Sequence record: PX104378.1
DNA: 64,000 nt
Source: a phage
Strand: one strand, 5' to 3'
A program made the position numbers and the translations under genes. Below, in pieces: positions 1-9,870 of the stretch. Each line of letters starts with the position of its first letter. The first letter of the stretch is position 1. The notes below the pieces were generated by a model that ran no database searches, was not told the DNA's origin, and saw nothing but the letters and a program-made list of their open reading frames with translations.

Positions 1-2235
1 GATGATGTTATCGTTACGCCTAAAAAGTTAAATGATTGTGTTGCTACCGAAGCCCGTCGTGGTGTGATGGAAATTGCAACTCAACATGAAACCAACGAAG
101 GTTTAGACGATACTCGCGCAATAACTCCTAAGAAGTTAGAAGAACGTCGCGCGTCCGAGGATCTTGCTGGTATTGCTGAAATTGTTCAGGTAGGCGGTAA
201 TGCTGCCGCTCGAAGGGGTGAAGCTGGCACGGGGATCTATAACATAAACGACCACGCTAAAATCGTTACTCCGCAAAACATCAACGAAGTCAAGGCGACA
301 GAAACTTCCCGTGGTGTTGGCTATCTGGCAACTGACGCGGAAGTGCAAGGGGCTACAGAATCAACCCCGCAAGATGCTTTACTAATCACGACTCGCACGC
401 TAACGAAACGTACTGCTACAGAATCGCGTACTGGTATCGCTGAAATTGCAACTCAGGAAGAAACAAACTTAGGTCAGAGTGATAACCATATCATCACGCC
501 TAAAAAGCTGCATACTCGCCGCGCAACGGAAACTTTACATGGTTTAGCAGAAATTGCAACTCAGCCGGAATTTGACGCAGGTCGTGACGATGCTCGCATT
601 TCTACCCCATTGAAGATTAAAACCTTCTTTGAGAATGCACAGCGTTTGAAAGTAGATCCGACTCAGGGGCTTAACCTTACTGGTGATTTGTGGCAAGGTA
701 TCATGATCAGCGGTCTGGATGCAACCGAAGACACAAAAGGTGTCGCTAAAGTTGCTACTACTCAGCTTACGGATGCTGGTCAAGATGATACTACAATCAT
801 TACTCCTAAAAAGCTGCAAGGCAAAAAGGCCACCGAAGGTAAAGAAGGTATTATCCGAGTTGGTACTCAAGCCGAAACCGTGGCTGGTGTACTGGCTAAT
901 GTAGCAATTTCTCCGAAGAACTTCAAATATGTTGTTCAGACAGAGGATACATGGAAAGCAACCGAAGCGCGTCGTGGTTTCTTGAAAGTTGCTACTCAGG
1001 AAAACTGTTTTGTTGGTGATAATCTGCAAGGTTCTACTCAAGAACTAGGAAACTACCAGCATGACGGAATTGCTGTTACCCCGAAAGGATTAAACTACGC
1101 ACTTGCTAATTTCTTACCTAAGATGGCAACCGCTCAGAATAGTTTGAAATTGGGTAACGTAGAGGCCGCTAAATGGGCGCGTAGAGACATTGACCAGACC
1201 ATTGAGAGCAATTACACGTTTAATAAAAACGTTAACGTGAAGGGCGATTTAGAGTGCTTAAAATCTGGTTCCTTTGAAACTCTGTTTGTGACTAAGAACT
1301 CGACTGATGATCCGAGTAATGGTCATCTGGTGTTGGGTGAGCGTGGAGTTGACGGTCACACCGGAATTACTCTGCACGGCACAACCGCATCGGAAGGTAT
1401 GGAAAACTCATGGTCTATTATCGTTGGTGGTACTGGAACAGCGCAAGTTGTTGATAGTGACGCTATCGCTTTCGGTAAAATCAATGATGGTGGATTCGTC
1501 GAGCATTACGCCTTTGCTATGGAACACAATGGCGACGCGGCAGCATATAGAGACTTTATTGCAGGTCGTAACCTGTATGCGAAACAAGGCGGTTTATACA
1601 TTGTTGACCAGTCTAATCCGGCAATGACTCGTTCCCCAGATGGTATGCTGAATATCGGTCACGGTGGAAGTGTTAATATCAAGGCAGGTTATCAAACGTT
1701 AACTACAGAGATCGCCGGACAGAAATATCAGATCGTACACGCAGGAAACGCAGACGAAGTTCTTAACCGTCAGTTTGTTAAGAATGCTGGCGATACAATG
1801 GTCGGTAAGCTGATTATGGATAATGCGCCTATTGTTTCTGTTAAGCATGAAGCTAGCGCGGCAACCGCTCCGGCAATCGGTAACATCGGTTTCTGGAATA
1901 TGCGCGTTACTACCCAGAACATCAAAGAAACTTATCCAGAGAAGAAAAACGGTACTCTGATGCAATGGGGTACTGACGAGGACGGGCTTACCCAGCTTTG
2001 GTCCCCTGATGGTACTCATAAACATTATATCCGTTCCGGTACTGGTGGTCAATGGACCGCATGGGGTGAAATTTACACCAAACAGAATAAGCCTACCGCT
2101 CAGGAAATCGGGGCAGTAGTTGCAGAAGGTGGTTTAATGAACTCTATGACGGTTCGTGATTGGATCAAAGTTGGTAATGTTAAAATCATCGCCAATAATC
2201 TGACTCGTACCGTAGACTTTATCTGGGAAGACTAA
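1..2235 (+). CDS. 34: Proximal long tail fibre subunit gp34 (5'-truncated by window edge)
   Basis: Frame-1 ORF open from nt 1 (>=744 aa, no start in window). Tandem ~45-aa repeats (ITPKKL..ATE..G[IL]AEIATQ), fibre motif YTKQNKPTAQEIGA; lies upstream of 35-36-37-t as in T4. Confidence 0.6.
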   Translation, partial: DDVIVTPKKLNDCVATEARRGVMEIATQHETNEGLDDTRAITPKKLEERRASEDLAGIAEIVQVGGNAAARRGEAGTGIYNINDHAKIVTPQNINEVKATETSRGVGYLATDAEVQGATESTPQDALLITTRTLTKRTATESRTGIAEIATQEETNLGQSDNHIITPKKLHTRRATETLHGLAEIATQPEFDAGRDDARISTPLKIKTFFENAQRLKVDPTQGLNLTGDLWQGIMISGLDATEDTKGVAKVATTQLTDAGQDDTTIITPKKLQGKKATEGKEGIIRVGTQAETVAGVLANVAISPKNFKYVVQTEDTWKATEARRGFLKVATQENCFVGDNLQGSTQELGNYQHDGIAVTPKGLNYALANFLPKMATAQNSLKLGNVEAAKWARRDIDQTIESNYTFNKNVNVKGDLECLKSGSFETLFVTKNSTDDPSNGHLVLGERGVDGHTGITLHGTTASEGMENSWSIIVGGTGTAQVVDSDAIAFGKINDGGFVEHYAFAMEHNGDAAAYRDFIAGRNLYAKQGGLYIVDQSNPAMTRSPDGMLNIGHGGSVNIKAGYQTLTTEIAGQKYQIVHAGNADEVLNRQFVKNAGDTMVGKLIMDNAPIVSVKHEASAATAPAIGNIGFWNMRVTTQNIKETYPEKKNGTLMQWGTDEDGLTQLWSPDGTHKHYIRSGTGGQWTAWGEIYTKQNKPTAQEIGAVVAEGGLMNSMTVRDWIKVGNVKIIANNLTRTVDFIWED

Positions 2236-2240
2236 TTAAA

Positions 2241-2257
2241 GGGGGGCGAAAGCCCCC
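2241..2257 (+). other. GC-rich stem-loop with GAAA tetraloop between 34 and 35
   Basis: GGGGGC-GAAA-GCCCCC directly after the 34 stop; no T-run. Confidence 0.4.
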
Positions 2258-2269
2258 TATGGGGTTATT

Positions 2270-3409
2270 ATGACACAAGAGATAGAATTACGCAATACTG
2301 GAATTAAGTTTGCGCATTTCGACGAAGACTCTGCGACATTTACCAGCATTTCAGAAAATAACTCTGTAATGTATAAACTTGAGGTTAGAGGATCTAATGC
2401 GGATTCTACCAAACCAGCAAGGATTAGATTTAATGGAGTGGAGATCGTTGGCACTGGCTATGAAAATGGCCTAAATTTTAAAGTTCTTACTCCAACTGGA
2501 CAATTACACGAAGAAAAGGTATTCTATGGTCGCGGTGCTGTTTTGGCAATGCGTGATTATCTTTCTTTGCTGAAAGGTGATTATATCATTGCGATGGCAA
2601 CGCATGGAGAATTGTTTGCAGATCCGGTAAGTGATGATGTATTCTCTAAGCTGGGATCTGTATCATTCCCGAATCACATTTTGTTACAGCAAATGCCTCG
2701 TGTATCATATGCAGCAATTTATTCTACGAAAATGGGTAAAATTGTTTGTGAGGGTATGCAAGCGACCCACGGGGAAGGGCAAGATTCATCTATACAAATT
2801 GAGAAAGTCTATGATACTATAGATGATCTTGCTATAACAGGAACACCACAACGATTTTTAGATTATCCGGTTGAGTATGTTAGCGAAGATGCCGAACATT
2901 TCGAGCTAATACAATGGCCTCATGATGAGATCAGCGCACCACTTGAAGATTTTAACATAAAGACAGGTGACAAACTATCAATATCTTTTGAATTGTTCCG
3001 TGATAGTGCCGCAGCCGCAGCCAACGTAACAGCGCGTTTCTATCACAACTACTTCACCGATGGACAATATAAAACTGGTGTTCGATACAATGCCAGCAAA
3101 AAAGATCAATGGGAAAAGTTTGAAGCCGTCTATACCGTACCGGAAGGAGTTGATAGTGTTACCACTGGTTGCGTTAGATATCCAACCAACTCAAATGAAG
3201 GTATTGTTAAAGTTAGAAACATACTAATAACGCCGATCAGTGGAGTTGTCAAAACGACTGGTCCTACTTCCTTTGGTGTTAACGGTGTTAGAACAACTCA
3301 CATTCAGGATAACGGTGATTTTACTAACCCTGTAATGAGTCTTCTTAAACTACCCAGAGACAATAAACATATCACATCCAACAACTTTAAAGAGTTCGAT
3401 GTTGATTAA
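2270..3409 (+). CDS. 35: Long tail fibre hinge protein gp35
   Basis: 379 aa (T4 gp35 372 aa); position between 34 and 36; followed by hairpin+T-run terminator. Confidence 0.55.
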   Translation: MTQEIELRNTGIKFAHFDEDSATFTSISENNSVMYKLEVRGSNADSTKPARIRFNGVEIVGTGYENGLNFKVLTPTGQLHEEKVFYGRGAVLAMRDYLSLLKGDYIIAMATHGELFADPVSDDVFSKLGSVSFPNHILLQQMPRVSYAAIYSTKMGKIVCEGMQATHGEGQDSSIQIEKVYDTIDDLAITGTPQRFLDYPVEYVSEDAEHFELIQWPHDEISAPLEDFNIKTGDKLSISFELFRDSAAAAANVTARFYHNYFTDGQYKTGVRYNASKKDQWEKFEAVYTVPEGVDSVTTGCVRYPTNSNEGIVKVRNILITPISGVVKTTGPTSFGVNGVRTTHIQDNGDFTNPVMSLLKLPRDNKHITSNNFKEFDVD

Positions 3410-3419
3410 CATTTTTAAC

Positions 3420-3450
3420 AAGCCGATCCATGTGGTCGGCTTTATTTTTA
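3420..3450 (+). terminator. Rho-independent terminator after gene 35
   Basis: AAGCCGA-tccatgtgg-TCGGCTT hairpin followed by TATTTTTAT. Confidence 0.65.
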
Positions 3451-3569
3451 TACAGTTGGTTAAAATGTAACCAAAACGAAGAAAGATCTTTAGAATATAG
3501 AAAATTTGTTTCGGTTAAAAATTAGTCAGTGCCTCCGGCACGTCGCGAAGCGATATTTTGTTAACATTC

Positions 3570-3577
3570 TATAAATA
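3570..3577 (+). promoter_or_regulatory. T4-type late promoter (TATAAATA) upstream of gene 36
   Basis: Exact TATAAATA ~35 nt upstream of the gene 36 ATG. Confidence 0.6.
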
Positions 3578-3610
3578 CTCGGAACTATAACTAATTTTTG
3601 AGGTTACTTT

Positions 3611-5101
3611 ATGGCAGATTTGAAACATGGATCTACTGTAGGTGGATCTCCCATTTGGACGCAAGGAAACTTGACGATCCAGCCAGCGGGGGACCAGCTT
3701 TTCTACAAAGGTCATAAAATCTATACCGCTTTTGATAGACCTTCGGCTACCGATTTTGATGCTGTTAGTGCATCCGAAGGTGGCACATTTCAAAAGCAAG
3801 TTCATTTCGAGGAAGGTTTAAGCGTAGGTAGCGCATCGGCTGGAGAAACCAAAAAGAACGGTATCTTTAAAGGCCAGAGCGATGCCGCTAATTTTGACGG
3901 CGTAAGCTGGGGTTTGCATTCATGGAAGTCAATCGGCTTTGTTAATGCCCGTGATGGCGTTATAATGGCGTATATTGACACCACAACGGGCGAATTTAAG
4001 TCTAAAGGGACTATCGAAGGGACAACCATTAAAGACACTGGTCAACGCGTCTATAGCCCTGTTAATAAACCAACGAATAATGATTTGGATTTAGTTTCCC
4101 GTCGCGGTGATACTCTCACAGGAACATATAATTTAAACACTGTCACTGTTAAACTATCGGTTGATTCGAAATTAATTGCAAGGGAACGTGATTTAATTAA
4201 TTTTGATGCGACTAAGATCTATTATGGTAACGTTCTTGACACGTTGGTCTTCCGAAGTAAAGATGAGCCTACCATTTTTGTTAATGGCAAAGAAGGTCGT
4301 TTTTATCACACCAACAATAAACCAACTAAAGCCGATGTTGGACTAGGCAATGTCACCAATGATGCACAGGTTAAACGTGCTGGTGATATTATGGAAGGTA
4401 ACTTGCAAGCGCCTAGAATGTTGGCGACAAACGATCCTGCTGGTCCTAATGAATTGGTTCGTTTGAGCTACTTTGAGAAAAAATCAATGGTAGCAAATCC
4501 AACAATCATTGGAAACGTTGATTGGAACACTCTTATTAATCGCGGTATCTATCGTGTGGAAAATGCTGGATCAGGTACTAATAAACCGTCTGATAGCTAT
4601 TATAACGGCGTTTTGATGGTATATCGCCCAGAAGATGCGGTCGGTACTCGTCGAATTGTTCAGGTTTATTATCCTGAATCTATTGACCATCCGATGTGCT
4701 GGCGTTCGTGTTCTAATGAATCATGGACTGCATGGAACTATGTAGATCACCGTAAATTAGCCGATATTCGCTATGTTAACGTAACTGGCGATACCATGAC
4801 AGGACCGTTAACTGTTCCTGCTGCAAATGGCGTTAGAACAGCTAAAACTAACTATAACGGGGATAACTGTTATGCGGCGTTAAGCGGTGCTGATGGCACT
4901 GCTATGATTCACCGCATTAGTGATATTAAAGGGACCGAAAAGCTGGGGATCACCCACGACTCAAAGGTCGTGTTTTTCCGTTCTAGAAACAATACTCAAA
5001 CCGTGGACCGCTATCAGCTTTATCATGAAGGCAATAAACCTACTCCGGCTGATGTTGGAGCAGTTCCACTTAATGCGGTGATTGATTTTGGTACTTTCTA
5101 A
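3611..5101 (+). CDS. 36: Long tail fibre distal connector gp36
   Basis: N-terminus MADLKHGSTVGGSPIWTQGN matches T4 gp36 N-terminus; TATAAATA late promoter and GAGG RBS upstream; KPTxADVGA fibre motifs. Confidence 0.7.
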   Translation: MADLKHGSTVGGSPIWTQGNLTIQPAGDQLFYKGHKIYTAFDRPSATDFDAVSASEGGTFQKQVHFEEGLSVGSASAGETKKNGIFKGQSDAANFDGVSWGLHSWKSIGFVNARDGVIMAYIDTTTGEFKSKGTIEGTTIKDTGQRVYSPVNKPTNNDLDLVSRRGDTLTGTYNLNTVTVKLSVDSKLIARERDLINFDATKIYYGNVLDTLVFRSKDEPTIFVNGKEGRFYHTNNKPTKADVGLGNVTNDAQVKRAGDIMEGNLQAPRMLATNDPAGPNELVRLSYFEKKSMVANPTIIGNVDWNTLINRGIYRVENAGSGTNKPSDSYYNGVLMVYRPEDAVGTRRIVQVYYPESIDHPMCWRSCSNESWTAWNYVDHRKLADIRYVNVTGDTMTGPLTVPAANGVRTAKTNYNGDNCYAALSGADGTAMIHRISDIKGTEKLGITHDSKVVFFRSRNNTQTVDRYQLYHEGNKPTPADVGAVPLNAVIDFGTF

Positions 5102-5105
5102 TTTT

Positions 5106-5130
5106 AGCGGGGATTATCTCCCCGCTTTTC
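5106..5130 (+). terminator. Rho-independent terminator after gene 36
   Basis: AGCGGGGA-ttatc-TCCCCGCT followed by TTTTC. Confidence 0.6.
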
Positions 5131-5171
5131 TAAATAATATTATTCTAATAACCGTTTAAGGATTTTATAAA

Positions 5172-7940
5172 ATGGCAGATTTAAGCAGAATCCAATTTAA
5201 ACGCACTAGCACTAAAGGTCGTCGACCTGATGCTGGTACGATGAATCCGGGTGAGTTGGCGATCAACTTAGCCGACCAATATTTGCTTACTAAAAACGAC
5301 TCAGGTGCTATTATCAATTTAAGTTGTCCTCCGGTGTATGACCGCGATGTTACAATGGCTGGTAAAGTTAAAGGTAATAATTATATCTTAAGTAAAACCG
5401 CTAACTATCTGGAAGATCAGACAGCGCGAGATCTTAACTACTTTGGTGCTTTCCGTACCAATGGTCTTGATGGTTTTCTAGAACTAACGCTAAACGTTCC
5501 TCATTCTTCTGGTGTTCAGCATGGTCGAGGATTTACTTTCCAGTATGGTCACACTGGATCGCGAGTAGAAACCTATGGCTATAATAGAGAAGGTCAAAAA
5601 GCATTCAGCTATAAAATGTATCACGAAGGTGATAAACCAACTCCAGGAGAATTGAACGTTTATAGCAAACAAGAAGTAGATAGAATGTTTGTTAAGAACG
5701 TTAAACTTGCTACAGTTCCTGGTGATACAGTTGAAGGCTATTTTAAATTAGCAACTGCAATGATTCCACAAAATGGTCGTAGTGTATTTTTCCGTATTCA
5801 TGGTGGTAACGGATATAACGTTACTGCATACGATCAAGTTGATATTGTAGAAATTGTTATTCGCAGTGGAAATAATCGCCCTAAAGGTGTTAACGTTATT
5901 GCATATCGCCGAAATACAAACAAATCATTTGATGTTTTGGCTGTTAATACTTCTGGTGATAACTATGATATCTATGTGAAATATCAGCGTTACACTGATA
6001 ACGTTATTGTTGAATTTGGTAAAAGTGTTGATGTTAATCTGGTAGTTCATGACGTTCCAGATTTTGTTGCTGAACGTCCTGCTGGTGATAATGTTATTGG
6101 CGGTCGCGCGGTAACTCTTTTCAACACCGAAAATAAACGTGGTGTGTTGAGTTTTGACGATAACACACAAAATAGCTATGATATTGTTCACTTGAGTAAT
6201 GATAAAGGTACTGGACGAAAATATATTCGTAAATTCCGTAGCAACTATAATGAAATGATCTGGCATGAGACTGTTCAAGGTTCCAGTTATCGTCTGGCTA
6301 CTGGTAGCACTGATGCTCAGGAAATTATGACTATTGAATCTAGTAGCTCAATTGCTGGAACTCATAAAGGTAATATTATTTCTGGTCGTATGCTGTTAAA
6401 TGGCGGATCTAATGCCATTACACTACGCCGACCTGCTGGTCAATCTAATCATATTGCGTTTCAAGATAATCGTACTGGAGATATTACCCGTCAAGGATGG
6501 ATCGGTTATGCAAACGCCGATACTGACGTTTTTGAATGGTATAGTGATGTAGGTGGCAGTTCTATTCGTCAACATATCGACGGACAGATCGAATTTCAGA
6601 CAGGTAACATGAAGCGAGTTTATACCAACGGTCAATTCATTTCTTTATATGCTGATGGCTTCCGTACTGTATATGGTAACTATGGATCATGGTGGCGAAA
6701 TGACGGTAGTAACGTTTATCTGATGAGCACAAAATCAGGCGACGCTATGGGTCCGTGGAATACCTTTAGGCCGTTCATATACAGTCTCGCCAATGGAAAC
6801 GTTACTCTAGGTGGTAGCGATGCTGGCAATCATTTAATGCGTCTCAATAATGAAAATCGTCAAGTAGAAATAAATGCAACAACACATTTAGGGTCTCGAT
6901 TATATTGGGAACGTAGCGAAGGATCGGCATCTAGATTTTTTATTAAGAATTGGGGTAATGGAACTTCTCGCGCTCAAGTGTGGGAACTTGCTGACGAGAC
7001 AGGTTATCATGTATATTCTCAGCGAAACGACGCGGGTGTTCTTCAATTCCGTACTGCTGGTAATTTTGAGACTGGTGGTGATGCTCAAGTAAACGGGACT
7101 TTACGTGTCACCAATGTTCTTCGAACAGATAACCAAATTCAGATTTATCGCGATAACAACAAAGAACTCTGGTTTAAGGATGCTAATGGTACTAACCGTG
7201 GTGTTATCTGGGGTGATAGCACAGGTCAAATGCGCATTCGAAACTATAACAGCGGAGAATTTGACCATGTTTTCCAGACTGGTATGATTCGCTTAGAACG
7301 TGGGTATGCAAACGGTAGCGACCGTGGTTTGATTCGCGGAGAAGTACAAGGTGGTGCTTGGTCAGAATGGAAAACTCGCGCTGCTGGCTTATTGGTTGAC
7401 TGTCCAGCTGCTCAAACTTCCGCATATAACGTATGGAAAGCGACCAAATGGGGTTTAGACCACATCGCGGCAATGGGCGTTCATGTTCCTAGTGGTGTTA
7501 TTACTAATGCTATGGCACGTCTTCATATTCATACCACAAACTTTGACTTTAACGCATCTGGTGATTTCCAAGCTGGTCGCAATGGTAACTTTAACGATGT
7601 TTACATTCGCTCTGATGCTCGCCTGAAAATCAATAAGGAAGAGTATAAGGAGAATGCCACCGATAAAGTTAATCGCTTGACGGTATACACCTATGACAAG
7701 GTTAAATCTTTAACCGACCGTACTGTCATTGCTCATGAAGTCGGTATTATTGCTCAGGATCTTGAAAAAGAATTGCCGGAAGCAGTAACAACTTCTAAGG
7801 TCGGCGATCCTGATAAGCCAGAAGAGATCTTAACAATTTCTAACTCTGCTGTCAACGCTCTTTTAATTAAGGCGTTTCAGGAAATGAGCGAAGAATTGAA
7901 AGTCGTTAAAGCTGAACTAGCGGAACTTAAAAAGAATTAA
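5172..7940 (+). CDS. 37: Distal long tail fibre gp37 with C-terminal intramolecular chaperone (S74-type) domain
   Basis: N-terminus MADLSRIQFKR..GELAINL matches T4 gp37; C-terminal ~110 aa carry the SDxxxK autoproteolysis motif (YIRSDARLKINKEEY) typical of endosialidase/T5 pb1 chaperone domains. Confidence 0.8.
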   Translation: MADLSRIQFKRTSTKGRRPDAGTMNPGELAINLADQYLLTKNDSGAIINLSCPPVYDRDVTMAGKVKGNNYILSKTANYLEDQTARDLNYFGAFRTNGLDGFLELTLNVPHSSGVQHGRGFTFQYGHTGSRVETYGYNREGQKAFSYKMYHEGDKPTPGELNVYSKQEVDRMFVKNVKLATVPGDTVEGYFKLATAMIPQNGRSVFFRIHGGNGYNVTAYDQVDIVEIVIRSGNNRPKGVNVIAYRRNTNKSFDVLAVNTSGDNYDIYVKYQRYTDNVIVEFGKSVDVNLVVHDVPDFVAERPAGDNVIGGRAVTLFNTENKRGVLSFDDNTQNSYDIVHLSNDKGTGRKYIRKFRSNYNEMIWHETVQGSSYRLATGSTDAQEIMTIESSSSIAGTHKGNIISGRMLLNGGSNAITLRRPAGQSNHIAFQDNRTGDITRQGWIGYANADTDVFEWYSDVGGSSIRQHIDGQIEFQTGNMKRVYTNGQFISLYADGFRTVYGNYGSWWRNDGSNVYLMSTKSGDAMGPWNTFRPFIYSLANGNVTLGGSDAGNHLMRLNNENRQVEINATTHLGSRLYWERSEGSASRFFIKNWGNGTSRAQVWELADETGYHVYSQRNDAGVLQFRTAGNFETGGDAQVNGTLRVTNVLRTDNQIQIYRDNNKELWFKDANGTNRGVIWGDSTGQMRIRNYNSGEFDHVFQTGMIRLERGYANGSDRGLIRGEVQGGAWSEWKTRAAGLLVDCPAAQTSAYNVWKATKWGLDHIAAMGVHVPSGVITNAMARLHIHTTNFDFNASGDFQAGRNGNFNDVYIRSDARLKINKEEYKENATDKVNRLTVYTYDKVKSLTDRTVIAHEVGIIAQDLEKELPEAVTTSKVGDPDKPEEILTISNSAVNALLIKAFQEMSEELKVVKAELAELKKN

Positions 7941-7982
7941 GGAAAACTCCCAGGGAAGGGAAACTACTAAGGAGAAACGGCT

Positions 7983-8222
7983 ATGGTCTATAATATCGTC
8001 ATTGGTGCTTTGTCTAATTTCGGAATGAAACTATTGTCAAAGTTAATTAGTGAAAAGATGCTCACTAAAATTTTCTTCTACTGCGCTCGTCGTCTTGCGG
8101 CTTATACCAATACGCCAATTGATGATCGTTTCGTGGAAGAACTTTATAAGGAGTTTAATAAAGATCAGTCAGAAGATAGTAACGAGCAAGATAAACCTAG
8201 TGATAGTCAAGTACCTAAATAA
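7983..8222 (+). CDS. Hypothetical 79-aa protein between 37 and t
   Basis: Strong RBS AAGGAGAAACGGCT-ATG; hydrophobic N-terminus, acidic C-terminus; no recognisable homolog. Confidence 0.45.
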   Translation: MVYNIVIGALSNFGMKLLSKLISEKMLTKIFFYCARRLAAYTNTPIDDRFVEELYKEFNKDQSEDSNEQDKPSDSQVPK

Positions 8223-8255
8223 GAGTACACTGTCATAGTTATCTTAGGGCATTAT

Positions 8256-8912
8256 ATGCAAGTTTCTGAAAAAGAGAAAGACTTTGCTATCTCAAATGTC
8301 CTGCGCGCTATTTTCACAACTAAAAGCACGGAGTTGCTCGTACTTCGTGTTTTTGCTGCCGTCGTGTTGTCCATATTAGCATTTGTCGTTTATAGTAAAA
8401 ACGAGTTATTTGCGCTTTATAAAGAGACTCGTTATGAGACTTATGCTCACGTTCTCCAGGTAGAGAAAGACCGCAATTTTGATAATGCAGCACAGGAGCA
8501 GTTACAGATAGTTCATGTGTCGGCTGATGCCGATTTTTCTGCTGTTTTTAGTTTTCGTCCGAAAAACCTAAACTATTTTGTTGATTTGGTGGCATATGAA
8601 GGAAAGCTACCGCATACAATTGACGAAAAGAATTTAGGCGGATTCCCTATCAATAAAACGAGTGAAGAATATCGTAGGCATCTTTTAGGTAAATCCTATT
8701 TTACTGATAAAGATTTCCAGTATATTCCATCGAGGGAGAAAAAATTAGAGAATATCGATATAGGGTTTATGTATTCTTGTCCTATATTCAATCTCGATAA
8801 TGTCTATTCTGGTAGTATCGCCATTGCATGGAGGAATAAACCAGATATTGACATTGAGAATTTAGATACTCTTTGCAATCAATCTGCCAGAATCCTCGGA
8901 AGGATCAGATAA
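8256..8912 (+). CDS. t: Holin t
   Basis: 218 aa, identical length to T4 holin; conserved blocks LEQLQIVHVSADADFSAVFSFRPKNLNYFVDLVAYEGKLP and MYSCPIFNLDNVYSGSIAIAWRN; C-terminal RILGRIR. Confidence 0.9.
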   Translation: MQVSEKEKDFAISNVLRAIFTTKSTELLVLRVFAAVVLSILAFVVYSKNELFALYKETRYETYAHVLQVEKDRNFDNAAQEQLQIVHVSADADFSAVFSFRPKNLNYFVDLVAYEGKLPHTIDEKNLGGFPINKTSEEYRRHLLGKSYFTDKDFQYIPSREKKLENIDIGFMYSCPIFNLDNVYSGSIAIAWRNKPDIDIENLDTLCNQSARILGRIR

Positions 8913-8918
8913 CTTAAA

Positions 8919-8949
8919 GGGGAAGCCTTTCGGCCTCCCCTTCTTTTTT
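8919..8949 (+). terminator. Terminator at the convergence of t and the minus-strand block
   Basis: GGGGAAGCC-tttc-GGCCTCCCC followed by TTCTTTTTT. Confidence 0.65.
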
Positions 8950-9196
8950 ATTGGCGCATAGAAGCCCCTGAATCACATTTTGACGCTGTATGATGAAAAC
9001 ATGTAGCGTACCAGTCATCGGCTTGCTTGTCTTCGTCAGAGAACGCGTAATTTCGTTGTATACCGTTTTCTACTTTGACCAGTGCAATAGCTGTTTCTGG
9101 AAGATCAATCAATCGGACAAAATCACCATCTTCCCATTCTACACGAGCAATATCATAACCCATCTCAAAATAAACAATCGCTTGCTCTAATCTCAT
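8948..9196 (-). CDS. Hypothetical protein
   Basis: 82-aa ORF, first of the minus-strand block convergent with t; ATG start. Confidence 0.45.
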   Translation of the reverse strand: MRLEQAIVYFEMGYDIARVEWEDGDFVRLIDLPETAIALVKVENGIQRNYAFSDEDKQADDWYATCFHHTASKCDSGASMRQ

Positions 9197-9504
9197 TCTG
9201 GAAACTTCCCGTAAATGTTCTCTGCCAACATACGCGCATCGCTAATGATATCTTTCATGCTATGACCGTAGTGTTCAGCCATTGAGTTGACACAATCAAC
9301 AAAGAAATTATAACGGCGACGGTTTAAGATTTCTTCTCTGCTATAGTTTTCATATTTGACGGTCGAGTGTGCTTTCTCGATTGCCTTTATCGCTATATTG
9401 ACTTCATTGATAATGGTTTTAGCATTGTATGCACCACGACGGATCAGGATATTTGTCAATTCTCTTGCAATATCTTGCAATTCTTCATATTCATGTTCAA
9501 ACAT
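9193..9504 (-). CDS. Hypothetical protein
   Basis: ORF-track 9193..9525 trimmed to the ATG preceded by GAGAGG RBS (MFEHEYEEL...). Confidence 0.45.
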   Translation of the reverse strand: MFEHEYEELQDIARELTNILIRRGAYNAKTIINEVNIAIKAIEKAHSTVKYENYSREEILNRRRYNFFVDCVNSMAEHYGHSMKDIISDARMLAENIYGKFPE

Positions 9505-9529
9505 AATCAACCTCTCAAAATACAATCCC

Positions 9530-9862
9530 TTACAGATGAAAACCTGTTACGATCACCGCATCGATCGTACCGCTAGGAATAAACGGTTCGCCCTCTTTTA
9601 TTTCAACTTTGAATTGATGCCATTTCGCTAATACTTCTTCCGGTACACCCAGCGATTCGGCGTCTGCTTTAGTTTCATCCATAATCCAACTAGGCTGCAT
9701 GAGAGCATAGTTTACATAGTCCATTTCTGGTGTCATGTCATCAATGTTAATATATTTGCAGTTGACGCGTTTCAGAATTTCAAATTCTTTATTGTCAACC
9801 TGTACCATGTATAATTCAGTAGTTTCTGGAATCAGTTCCCACACAATCAGTACATTTTTCAT
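9530..9862 (-). CDS. Hypothetical protein
   Basis: 110-aa ORF; ATG start preceded by GAGGTGA. Confidence 0.5.
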   Translation of the reverse strand: MKNVLIVWELIPETTELYMVQVDNKEFEILKRVNCKYINIDDMTPEMDYVNYALMQPSWIMDETKADAESLGVPEEVLAKWHQFKVEIKEGEPFIPSGTIDAVIVTGFHL

Positions 9863-9870
9863 AGTTCACC

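Noticed and set aside
136-1041. Minus-strand ORFs (136..348, 544..1041) inside gene 34, and similar antisense ORFs within 36/37 (3802..4038, 5925..6278, 6423..6635).
   Set aside because: Fully embedded antisense to long, well-supported fibre genes; no RBS or promoter context.
5131-5171. Possible late promoter upstream of gene 37 (TAAATAAT / TTATAAAA).
   Set aside because: No exact TATAAATA; gene 37 may be co-transcribed from the gene 36 promoter with partial read-through of the 5106-5130 hairpin.
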